A DNA stretch of 64,000 nt from an uncultured virus (IMG/VR IMGVR_UViG_3300028590_000007) (lineage: Duplodnaviria > Heunggongvirae > Uroviricota > Caudoviricetes): IMG/VR virus record IMGVR_UViG_3300028590_000007, one strand, 5' to 3'. A program made the position numbers and the translations under genes. The notes under the pieces were generated by a model. It did no database searches. It had not been told where the DNA came from and saw only the letters and a list, made by a program, of their open reading frames with translations. This document shows positions 21,619 through 30,583 of the stretch, one piece after another (the stretch's first letter is position 1; each line of letters opens with the position of its first letter).

Positions 21619-22427
21619 TTGGTTTCTTCTTTGGGGATGTATTGGGTCAGGTCAACCAGAAGTTCACGATTGAACTCTGGGTTGAGATGGTCAGGAACAT
21701 AACCGTGTGGGTTTGAGATCACACGGGTATTGTTTATTTTGTAATCATTGCTTGCATGAATATGCCCATGTATCCACAAGGGGATAGCATATTTTGCAGT
21801 AATAGCTGATAGGTCGGAGGCATACGCCGCACGAAGGGGGTCTTCCATTTCCGCAGGAGGTACTGAGAAAATGGATGGAGCATGATGCGTAACGACGATG
21901 GTTCTCTTTGGGTCGTGCTCTTCCAAGAACTGCTCCAGCAAGAACCGACTCCTTATGTGGGTGGAGCGCGTATCAGCAGCTGAAAGCTTACGGTATTTAT
22001 CTCCTCTGTTATAAGTGATCTTTACGTAGTCATTCATCTGATATGCTGCGATACCCATGTCCGCCCACCAGTCATTGTGGAGATTGAAGTCAGCCCACAG
22101 CGTGCAGCCGTAGAAATACCAACCGTCAATCTCCACAAAACTGTCTTCCAAGAAGTGTATGTTACTCTTGGGATTCTGATTCTTAAGCTCTGCAACGAGA
22201 TTAGGGAACTTCTCTCCATAGTACTCGTGGTTACCGCAGACATATATAACAGGGATACCTTCCGCAAACTCCCGCAGCCATTTGAAGCCAAGGGTGCCTT
22301 TGTCGATATCACCTGCTGCAATGAACACATCTGCGTATTCCGAATGTATGGGAGTAGTAGGTCCTTCACCGAATTCACGGTGCAGGTCGCTGAAGATCTG
22401 AAGTTTCATAAGGGGTGCTGTTTTCAC
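21582..22427 (-). CDS. calcineurin-like metallophosphoesterase
   Basis: SDLH, AGD, GNHE, THHAP and HGHIH motifs. Confidence 0.92.
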   Translation of the reverse strand: MKTAPLMKLQIFSDLHREFGEGPTTPIHSEYADVFIAAGDIDKGTLGFKWLREFAEGIPVIYVCGNHEYYGEKFPNLVAELKNQNPKSNIHFLEDSFVEIDGWYFYGCTLWADFNLHNDWWADMGIAAYQMNDYVKITYNRGDKYRKLSAADTRSTHIRSRFLLEQFLEEHDPKRTIVVTHHAPSIFSVPPAEMEDPLRAAYASDLSAITAKYAIPLWIHGHIHASNDYKINNTRVISNPHGYVPDHLNPEFNRELLVDLTQYIPKEETKCPIISTEQKPQ

Positions 22428-23395
22428 TTATAGTACCCGTACACTGGTATACGAGTAAGATAGGGGTATGACAGGTTTCCTTCTTGCAGGAAGTAAGGAG
22501 CTGCCATGCTATCAGTGGAAATACACCTGTCAATACCAGCTGCCAACATTTCAGCCTGATTCATCGTTCCTTCGTTGTGGGAAGTGACGAGGACGATCTC
22601 CCGAGCGCCGATGACTTTCAGGGCAGCTGCGATACCTTTGAAGGTTCCTCCCTTAGAGCAGATGTCGTCGATGATAAGGAACTTACCATCACTCAGCACC
22701 GAAGACACGGAAGCTTGCAGGGATGCCGTGTCGAGCTTGGTCTTGCTGTGGTCGATCACACCAGTAGACGGGTCGCGATCCTTGTACGCCGTAACAATAG
22801 GACCTTTGAATTCCAGATTTCTGGCCAGCGTGAAGATCTTCTTGGCAGCTCCTGCATCAGGCGCAACCCAGACATACTTGTGATATGCCAGCCCTCCATA
22901 GGGAGGAAGCGAAGCCATGGACAGTACGTTCTCCTGTGTGTATTCCTGCACTCCATTGATGAGGAGTTTCGACACATTGCTGTGCAGATCAAGAACCTCC
23001 ACTCTATCGAAATTGAGGGAGTTCAGTATTTTGGAATATGTCAGAATGCCGCAACCTTCTCCCGGCGTCATCTGTCTGTCCGAGCGGGTGCAGGGCACGT
23101 ACGGCAGACGCAGTGTGAGGTATTGTTCCGGTTCGCAGGTCCAGCGGATGGCATCTCTGAGAAGGGCCAGCTCGTACAACCGCGAGGCCGCATTGTCTTG
23201 GAAAAGAACAATGAGGTTCTTTACGATGGCACCGTTTGGCTTCAAGATACGGAGACCTGCTTCTCCTGTAGGATAGGTGATGAATTCCAAACCAAGCTTG
23301 TGTTGCAGCTCGTTCGGTTGACTGTCGATCCTCGTGCGTGCATCGAGGTACCATGTGTATGGATCGTTTTCTCTGAAATCAAACTGTTGAAACAT
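22424..23395 (-). CDS. ribose-phosphate pyrophosphokinase-like (PRPS/Adps)
   Basis: YPTGE, PYVPCTRSDR, LDLHS, APDAGAAKK, KDRD and IIDDICSKGGTF motifs. Confidence 0.92.
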   Translation of the reverse strand: MFQQFDFRENDPYTWYLDARTRIDSQPNELQHKLGLEFITYPTGEAGLRILKPNGAIVKNLIVLFQDNAASRLYELALLRDAIRWTCEPEQYLTLRLPYVPCTRSDRQMTPGEGCGILTYSKILNSLNFDRVEVLDLHSNVSKLLINGVQEYTQENVLSMASLPPYGGLAYHKYVWVAPDAGAAKKIFTLARNLEFKGPIVTAYKDRDPSTGVIDHSKTKLDTASLQASVSSVLSDGKFLIIDDICSKGGTFKGIAAALKVIGAREIVLVTSHNEGTMNQAEMLAAGIDRCISTDSMAAPYFLQEGNLSYPYLTRIPVYGYYK

Positions 23396-23674
23396 TTCGT
23401 GTAGGTCTGGGTGGGAGTGTGTTGATGAGTTCGTTGAAGGCAGCTTCTTGATCCGGGGTGCCTGCGCATTTACCCAGAGTGAATTCCTTGCCTGTCAAAG
23501 TGGTGACGATATTACCGTCTTTGAAAGCAATGCGAGCTGTCATGATAGCCTGCCCATCTTTGGACTGAGCAGAGCCGAAGATGCTGCCTCTAAGGGAAGC
23601 ATGATTGTTGCCATCTTTGCGGTACGCTGTGAACACAACGAGGGTCCAATCTTCCAGTGTAGGTATATTGACCT

Positions 23675-24526
23675 TTATTTCCATAAGACACCAAATACTA
23701 CACCGATGATACCGATAGCTGTTCCGATGGCGGCACAGATCCATGCTTTCTTGGAAGAAGGCGGCTGGTTCCATGTTACGGTGGTTGTATGCCTGACTCC
23801 CAAATGCGGAGCGCCATAGATCTTCTCCAGAAGCTCAGGGCGATCATCTTTGATTGTTCTTCTGACCTGAGAAGGGATGTTGTACCAATAGGCGGCCTTA
23901 TCCGTGGGTCCAGTTGGAACGTAGCTCTCGATGGTTTCGATCAGCAACTGAGCTGGGACGGCGTAAGATATCCAGTCATTGCGCAGCAGGTCGGGAGTGA
24001 TCTCCAGAGCCTTTCTGTACATGGACTCCGTAACCCTGTCTTTACCTGCATGCGTGAAGACAGCCTTGAAGTCACTACCATTACCATTGGTAATAATCTC
24101 CATCAGTTGCTCCTCAGTAAGAAGTTCGTGGTTGGCCAGCAGCGCATCCGATGGGTGCAATTTGATAAGCCTTTTGAGTTTGTCTGCATCTACCTTGTTG
24201 GTGAGGTATTCGAAGAAAGTACGTGGGTCATTGGCGACAACGAACTCCACCATCTCTTCGTCCAACTGGGCGTCCAAGTGCCCGATACCCTCTTCACCTA
24301 CACCGCCTGCGATGAAGTCTTGCAGGTATTTCCAGATGTGCTTCTTCTCGCCTGCGATGAACTTCCAAGGTTCCCCATCAGAGGCTTCCTTGATTTGTTC
24401 GTACGTCATATACCGTACACAGGCCATGAGGGTGTCCTCGCTCATAGCCCCGGCATCGACGACGTCTTTGATCAAGGCATGGAACAAGTCTTTCGAAACT
24501 AGAACAGTCTTGTTATTTTCAGACAT
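23675..24526 (-). CDS. helical protein with C-terminal membrane anchor
   Basis: C-terminal hydrophobic segment WICAAIGTAIGIIGVVFGVLWK. Confidence 0.65.
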   Translation of the reverse strand: MSENNKTVLVSKDLFHALIKDVVDAGAMSEDTLMACVRYMTYEQIKEASDGEPWKFIAGEKKHIWKYLQDFIAGGVGEEGIGHLDAQLDEEMVEFVVANDPRTFFEYLTNKVDADKLKRLIKLHPSDALLANHELLTEEQLMEIITNGNGSDFKAVFTHAGKDRVTESMYRKALEITPDLLRNDWISYAVPAQLLIETIESYVPTGPTDKAAYWYNIPSQVRRTIKDDRPELLEKIYGAPHLGVRHTTTVTWNQPPSSKKAWICAAIGTAIGIIGVVFGVLWK

Positions 24527-24609
24527 GAGGGTTGTTGTATGTAAAAGTAAGGAGAAAGCCCCGACAGGGTACGTGACCTTGTCGGGGCTGGGGCCTCTAG
24601 GAGGTGGCG

Positions 24610-26100
24610 TTACTTTCTCTTACTAGGAGAAGTGAACGTAGATGCCGATTTGACGATATGGTCAGCGAAATAGCGGGCAGAGGCTTTCTTAGTATTCTCT
24701 CTAAGATCGTCGAGTGCTTGCTTCAGTTTTTCACTGCCGGTTTTGGGTTCAAAATTGATCACTGCAAATCCCAAGCCAAGAGGATCTTCTTTCTTTTCTT
24801 TGACTGGAGTGGCAATAGGCGCTTCCATGACCACGCGACCAAAGATGGTCTCCTGTGCAAGGGCTTGGATGTGTGACTGGTTGCAGAGCTTGTTCTTGTC
24901 AGGGAATCTCGCTTCGTACAGACCAGAACGGTCATCTGTCCACTCAGCGGAATCGAGGAAGTTGTTGAACACCTGCTTTCCTTGCTCCCATGGTACGCCC
25001 GTCAGGGTAACCCTGTGATCAACACGACCCGGTCTAAGCAGGGCCTTATCGAACTTCTCGGGATGGTTGCTAGTTAAAATGAAGACACACTTTTCTGGAG
25101 TTGTCGCTCCATCGAAAAAGTTCAGTAGCTGTGACAACTGGATGGCGTCATTATTGGGATTGCCGCTGCGATCAGTAGAAGCACCTTGGACGTCGAAATC
25201 CTCGATCAGTACAACGGACCCACCACGAGTTGGGATCAGCGACAGATAGTCTCCGAAATCGGTTGCCTTGGCACCAGACAGGTCCAGCTGAACCAGACGT
25301 TTGCGGAACTCGGTGGCGATGGCCTTTGCAAGAGAGGTCTTGCCTGTGCCGGGTTCGCCGTCAAGAAGCAGGACGTACTTGAATGGTACGCCCAGCTTCT
25401 TGTAGGCATCTTCAGACTGTGAGAACTTACGGAGCGACTCCATGATCTCCTCAAGCTGTCCGCCCATGAGGACAATCGACGACAGAGGACGACCCGGTTT
25501 GAACTCGTAAGAAGAGGTAACGCCTTTGCTGCTATTGAAGATGCGGCGAATCTCAATATCCGGTACCGTCTGCGTTTTGCTGATTTCGTGTTTCTTTGGT
25601 TCCGCCAAGGTAACAGTGCGGTGGATCTCCGCCATCTGTTTTCTGGTTTTGAAGGGGAACCATATTTGCAGCTCTCTGTGAGGTAGACCAATCATACCCG
25701 GTACGATCCTGTAGCGAACCACGACACGGTGATTGCCTTTCAGCTTGCACAAATGGAAATGGTCCGTGGCAAGATCGTACACATGGTGTCCGGTGTGCTT
25801 GATTCCTTCGAACATCTCACTTCTGTCCTGACGAACGAGGAACCCTTTATTGTCTTTGTTGACTTCCTCCTTCCATGCTTTGAACGCCTCGGTATCGAGT
25901 CGGTTGTGTGAAAAGATATGCGTACGCAGGTGGGGCTTGGTGACACTGATGAGATCACGGAAGTAGTAGTCAGCTGGCGTCTTATCCGCCTCGTCGGTCG
26001 GATAAGAATCGTACATAATCATCGATGGTACGAACCAACGGACATACATAGCGGACAGGACGAGTAGACCTAACAGAGATAGCAGAATAGTGGAAATCAT
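24610..26100 (-). CDS. membrane-anchored BCS1-like AAA+ ATPase
   Basis: N-terminal TM; YKKLGVPFK..LLDGEPGTGKTS, VLIEDFD, LSQLLNFFDG and TSNHPEKFDKALLRPGRVD. Confidence 0.88.
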   Translation of the reverse strand: MISTILLSLLGLLVLSAMYVRWFVPSMIMYDSYPTDEADKTPADYYFRDLISVTKPHLRTHIFSHNRLDTEAFKAWKEEVNKDNKGFLVRQDRSEMFEGIKHTGHHVYDLATDHFHLCKLKGNHRVVVRYRIVPGMIGLPHRELQIWFPFKTRKQMAEIHRTVTLAEPKKHEISKTQTVPDIEIRRIFNSSKGVTSSYEFKPGRPLSSIVLMGGQLEEIMESLRKFSQSEDAYKKLGVPFKYVLLLDGEPGTGKTSLAKAIATEFRKRLVQLDLSGAKATDFGDYLSLIPTRGGSVVLIEDFDVQGASTDRSGNPNNDAIQLSQLLNFFDGATTPEKCVFILTSNHPEKFDKALLRPGRVDHRVTLTGVPWEQGKQVFNNFLDSAEWTDDRSGLYEARFPDKNKLCNQSHIQALAQETIFGRVVMEAPIATPVKEKKEDPLGLGFAVINFEPKTGSEKLKQALDDLRENTKKASARYFADHIVKSASTFTSPSKRK

Positions 26101-26104
26101 GTAA

Positions 26105-26653
26105 TTAACGGGAGTAGATGCACTGGATGATGGACTTGTCTTGGGAGACAGTACGAATGTTTCTGAACCTGTGTTCGAAGTTAGGGAAACGTTCGTCGTA
26201 GAAAGATGGATTGGAACCAACAGGTTCGCTGTCCAACAGGAAGGTAACATGCAGTTCGTCAATCTTGCGCTCCGTGATGAACGAAGCCCAATGTTTGGGA
26301 CCCACATGTAGATAGACATCCGTTTCCGTCGCGAAGCATTCCTCTACGGAGGACACCACGTGAGCGAAGGACATCGGACTTTCAGGAGGGAAGGACTCCT
26401 TAACATGCCGGGAGAGTACCCTGACGTTCCAACTTCCACTCTTGGCTGCCATTTCCTCAGCCGAGGTGAAGTTGAAACGTTTGACGATCTCCTCAAAAGT
26501 AAGGCGCCCCAGCAGGAGTGTTGATCCCTTTGGGGCGCCTTCTGGTAAGAAGAAGTGGTATTTCCCTGCAACGTCACGAGGTACCCTTTGTTGTCCGAGT
26601 GTCATACGGACACCCATGATAACTTTCGGTTTAGTCGGGGCTTTGGGAGGCAT
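26105..26653 (-). CDS. divergent dihydrofolate reductase-fold protein
   Basis: LLLGRLTFE, VRVLSR, VVSSVEE and IDELHVT match DHFR; the IG/LPW/D and GG motifs are not evident. Confidence 0.6.
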   Translation of the reverse strand: MPPKAPTKPKVIMGVRMTLGQQRVPRDVAGKYHFFLPEGAPKGSTLLLGRLTFEEIVKRFNFTSAEEMAAKSGSWNVRVLSRHVKESFPPESPMSFAHVVSSVEECFATETDVYLHVGPKHWASFITERKIDELHVTFLLDSEPVGSNPSFYDERFPNFEHRFRNIRTVSQDKSIIQCIYSR

Positions 26654-27335
26654 ACGCTTTGATGATTTGCGAAGACAGTAGTTGTTTGTTGAACTTTTGT
26701 TTCGATGTCGGATGGACTGTCTGTGCCCACGACACCATGTCGTTATTCATCCTGATTACCGTATCCATCGATGCACTGTTGTTACACAGGGCTTCAATGG
26801 TTTTCAGTTCATCCAGATCGAAGAGTACCTCATGGTTGAACTCGACTTTACCTGTTGTCAGCAGGCGCCCCAGCATACGAGTGTACGTATACCTGAACGC
26901 AAGTCGCAGTCCGTCGTACTGTTTGTTGGTACGTCCTTCGCCTACACAAATCTTGAAAGCTTCCGCTAAGTAACGTTCCATGGACAGCTTCAACTTGTCA
27001 GCTGCCAGAAACTCACCAGCGTTTGCTCTAAGGTTCTTGGCGATTTCCGTCATCTTCACAAACGTCCAAGAGGGGGCCAACAGGAAATTAATGGCGTACG
27101 GTGTGACGTACGCACAATCCTTGAACAGAGTAAACAGATCCATTGACTCCAGCACCTCTCCTTCGATCTGTGACTTCACAAGCGTCAGAGGAGTGCCAAG
27201 TTCATTACTGGCCTGTAACATCTCGAAACCATTGGGCGAGAGATGGAAACCTGAGTACCCTACCGGAACACCGACTGGGAACGAAGATTTCAATCCAAAC
27301 GAGCTAGGTTCAACTTTGAATGCGGCAACGATCAT
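26631..27335 (-). CDS. hypothetical protein, possibly a degenerate nucleotidyltransferase-like fold
   Basis: Weak resemblance only (RLLTTGK-type C-terminal helix). Confidence 0.3.
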   Translation of the reverse strand: MIVAAFKVEPSSFGLKSSFPVGVPVGYSGFHLSPNGFEMLQASNELGTPLTLVKSQIEGEVLESMDLFTLFKDCAYVTPYAINFLLAPSWTFVKMTEIAKNLRANAGEFLAADKLKLSMERYLAEAFKICVGEGRTNKQYDGLRLAFRYTYTRMLGRLLTTGKVEFNHEVLFDLDELKTIEALCNNSASMDTVIRMNNDMVSWAQTVHPTSKQKFNKQLLSSQIIKAYASQSPD

Positions 27336-28131
27336 GCTACTTTGGACACTTTGGCTATGAGGGTAACATTATCACGGACATCTGCAGGAAGATCCGGATG
27401 ATGTACGAATAGAAACAGACCAAAGGGTTGTTCGAAATTCGTCACTTTCTCTCCTTCTGCAAAATACTCAATTGGGCCGCGCTCGGGGTTATTCGCTGGA
27501 GGGCGACTGACTCCCATAGGTACCAGAGTCCGTAGCTTGTAAGCACCGTTGAATTCTGGGGCAGGAACCAGCTGGTTGGGGTGCAGCAACAAAGACTTGA
27601 TGATCTCTGAAGATGCCTCCTTGCTGAGATGCCCCATGGGTTCCGTTACCAGAACGTTGGCGTCAGATATTTTCATGTGATGAGGTCAATAGGTGGGGTC
27701 GAGGGATAGGCTGGTTCTGGACGGGGTTCTCTTTTCGAGGAACGTGTCGAGCTGCTGGCTTTCAAGAAACAAACCGTGCAGCTCAAACAACATCGAATCG
27801 AGAGTCGTCCTGATAGGCTTGTACATCACACGGGGAGGCTTGGGTTTGCTGTTGGTTCTCTCCGTGAACATGCTCTTTGGAAGTGAATCAGGATGCGGTC
27901 TGCCGAATTGGAGTCTGAAGATAGCACGTCGTGCCAATGCCAGTTCTTCCGGGGTCATGGGAAGAGGTTTGGTGTATCCCGGTCCCAGAGCGTGACAAGC
28001 CAGCTCGGCTACTTTTCTCAGGGTACGGGATTGTGTGTGACCAAGTGGAGACAGTTTTTTATGCATGGGGTATAAAAAGAAAAACCCCGACTCTTTGCAG
28101 AGACGGGGTTGGGTTGTTTATAACTTTGCTA

Positions 28132-28560
28132 TTACTTGACGTCGAAGCCAAGTACCTTTGGGGGTTCCGTAACAGGGGAGGTTGGAACTTCGCCTAGGAA
28201 CTGCAGTTCAGCAAACAGAGGGGCTACTTGCGTATCCACCTCGATATCACCAAAGTGCTCTTCCTTGACCTCTCTGATTCGTCGCACCACAGCGGATGCA
28301 AGACGCTCCAGCGCAAGGCCAATACTGTCGTCATAGATTGCAATCAGCGGACGAAGGATCTCGGTTTCACCAAGGTTCTCTTCGATATTGGTTGCAGGAA
28401 ATGCCTGTTCTACCTTTGATTCCTGTAGATCGTTAAGTGCGGTTTCCACTGCTTCCTGATACTCCTGAAGGAAGGAGAAGTCAGTGTCAGCTGCAATGGA
28501 CGCGGTTGGTTCACAATTACAGTTACCGCAGCAGGTGTTGGTGGTGTTGTCGGTGCTCAT
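28132..28560 (-). CDS. acidic hypothetical protein
   Basis: Preceded by TTGACC-16-TATGTT (28570-28597) and followed by a terminator. Confidence 0.65.
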   Translation of the reverse strand: MSTDNTTNTCCGNCNCEPTASIAADTDFSFLQEYQEAVETALNDLQESKVEQAFPATNIEENLGETEILRPLIAIYDDSIGLALERLASAVVRRIREVKEEHFGDIEVDTQVAPLFAELQFLGEVPTSPVTEPPKVLGFDVK

Positions 28561-28659
28561 GAGGACCGAAACATAAACAAAACAAAGGAGAGGTCAACCA
28601 TAAAAATGCTGTCCTCTCCAAGTTTATATAGCGCAAAAGCGCACTCTGTTGCAACTACC

Positions 28660-29346
28660 TTACAGAGAGATCCTTCGATCTTTGGTAATCTTGACGTGAC
28701 CTTTGTTCTCCAGAACTTTCATGATAGCAACCGTTCCCAGCTGCTTATCCATGACATTCCGATCAAACTTACCGTCTGCGACGTACTTGCCCTTTTGTTG
28801 CTCCGTAGTAGCGCCGAACAGGTAAGGACTTGCCAGACCCTTGTTACGATAACCAAGACCATTGTAACGTTCGTTTTTCTCCAGCAACACTCCCAGTGTC
28901 CAAGGGTTAACGCCAATGAACTTGTCGTAGGCCATAGCATCTACAGCAGACTCATACCAAGTGAAAGGAGGATTACCTTTCAATGGGCGTCCTTTGGGGA
29001 TCCACTTGGTTCTACCTGTAAGGGGTGAGCCTTCATGGAGATGCTTGGAGAAAGACAGAGAAGCTTCCCGGTAATGTAGTACGCCTACAAGGAACCACGG
29101 TACGCCTGTAGACTCCTGCACCTGCTCATAGCGAGACTTATGCTTAAGGATGCTGTTAGCCGCATTGGTAGCCTCATTGACGCGCTCAGGACGAACCTTG
29201 GCTCGATACCAGCGTTGTTCATTGGCAGAGGTAGTCTGAACCGCAGCAGTGATACGCTTTGGCTCTGTCTTACCTTCTTCCTTCAGAGGGATGGTCGAAG
29301 CTGCTACAGCTCCGACACCCAGCCATGTAAGTAGCTTAGTTACCAT
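28660..29346 (-). CDS. endolysin, lysozyme-like family
   Basis: TGVPWFLVGVLHYREA, ERYNGLGY, SPYL, GKYVADG and DKQLG motifs; hydrophobic Gly/Ala-rich N-terminus (SAR/signal-like). Confidence 0.85.
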   Translation of the reverse strand: MVTKLLTWLGVGAVAASTIPLKEEGKTEPKRITAAVQTTSANEQRWYRAKVRPERVNEATNAANSILKHKSRYEQVQESTGVPWFLVGVLHYREASLSFSKHLHEGSPLTGRTKWIPKGRPLKGNPPFTWYESAVDAMAYDKFIGVNPWTLGVLLEKNERYNGLGYRNKGLASPYLFGATTEQQKGKYVADGKFDRNVMDKQLGTVAIMKVLENKGHVKITKDRRISL

Positions 29347-29710
29347 TGATGACGAACAGGATGGGTTTGAATGCTATCACAGCGGTGACCAGCAAGACCC
29401 ACACAGTTGCAAACAGAAGCTTGAACTTCAGTTCGTCAGGCAGAGCCTTGAACCTTTCAGCAAAATCCTCCTGATCCGTCAGAGCATCCAGTGTACGGCG
29501 GAAGGTGATCTGAATGAACAGCCAGACAGTCAGAGCTGCAAGGGTGAGGATAACCGTACCAGTAGAGATGACACTCAGCACCGACAGGTCGAGGATAGCC
29601 GACGAGGGGTCAATCAGCTTGAACAGCTTAGGTAGACCAAGGAACACGACAGTACCCGCAGTTACAGCTGCGAGCGCGTGTTTGACATTAGATGACAGAT
29701 TCTTAAACAT
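29336..29710 (-). CDS. putative holin
   Basis: 124 aa with three TM segments, directly upstream of the endolysin. Confidence 0.65.
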   Translation of the reverse strand: MFKNLSSNVKHALAAVTAGTVVFLGLPKLFKLIDPSSAILDLSVLSVISTGTVILTLAALTVWLFIQITFRRTLDALTDQEDFAERFKALPDELKFKLLFATVWVLLVTAVIAFKPILFVINGN

Positions 29711-30240
29711 TACTTAATTAGTCCGAGGGTTTGTACACTTCTGACCTTTTTGTAGATCCTAAAGATACAGTAGAGAACGATAACGAGAATAATGGAGAAG
29801 TAAATCCAATTCCATTTGCGGGAGTTGGCTAACTTGGTTTCTCCTTTGGCGTTCTTCTCTTTCTCCTTTAGCTTGGCGTCATGTTCTCGCTGCCAAGCAT
29901 CCAGCGTTGCTTTGATTTCTTTGACAACTCCTTCTGCCAGAACTTCTGATTTGATGGTGGCTCCTTTGCCAGCATCAAGTTCTACAGCGGCATTGTCAAT
30001 ATGCTCGTTTAGTTCTTTGGTGTCTTTGGAGTTGGCCTCCAGACCTTGCTTGTCTGCTTTAACTGCGATGACTTTAGCTTTACCAATAGAACCTTGGGCA
30101 TTGACTATGTGTTTCCTCGTCTCCTTGATAGCAGGGACGGGTGACTCCACTACAGGTGCATTCCTAGGTGGAGGGGTATTACTGGTACAGCCTGTGAGTG
30201 CAATCAAACAGGCTGCCGCAATGTGTAGATATTTAGACAA
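29710..30240 (-). CDS. putative unimolecular spanin (TTG start)
   Basis: Lipobox LTGC after a short signal, coiled-coil middle, C-terminal TM helix; in the lysis cassette. Confidence 0.7.
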   Translation of the reverse strand: MSKYLHIAAACLIALTGCTSNTPPPRNAPVVESPVPAIKETRKHIVNAQGSIGKAKVIAVKADKQGLEANSKDTKELNEHIDNAAVELDAGKGATIKSEVLAEGVVKEIKATLDAWQREHDAKLKEKEKNAKGETKLANSRKWNWIYFSIILVIVLYCIFRIYKKVRSVQTLGLIK

Positions 30241-30550
30241 GTGAGATGTTTCCACTCCAGACATTGGGTTGTACCGCCAGTCTGACACTGTAGAACGCAT
30301 CACCGCCCGTAGCAGTGATTCTAAGCGTTTTGCTGGGCGCCCAGACTAGCTTACCGCCCGCAGCCGTGAAAGGATCATCAGTCACCGGAATGACGTAATC
30401 GTTACCTTCAAAGTTGATGACAGCTTCAACAGTCGCAGAAGTGAAGCCCTCGTCTCCAATGGATACGATGTAAGGGAACCCGGCAGTGACGGGGATGTCA
30501 ACGGAGTCACCTCCCGTAACGATACCAGCAGCGGCTGTATAAGCTTTCAT
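30233..30550 (-). CDS. small beta-rich hypothetical protein
   Basis: Preceded by TTGATT-17-TATCAT (30559-30587). Confidence 0.65.
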   Translation of the reverse strand: MKAYTAAAGIVTGGDSVDIPVTAGFPYIVSIGDEGFTSATVEAVINFEGNDYVIPVTDDPFTAAGGKLVWAPSKTLRITATGGDAFYSVRLAVQPNVWSGNISLV

Positions 30551-30583
30551 TAGTAGGAATGATAAATCAAAAGAAACCCGAAA

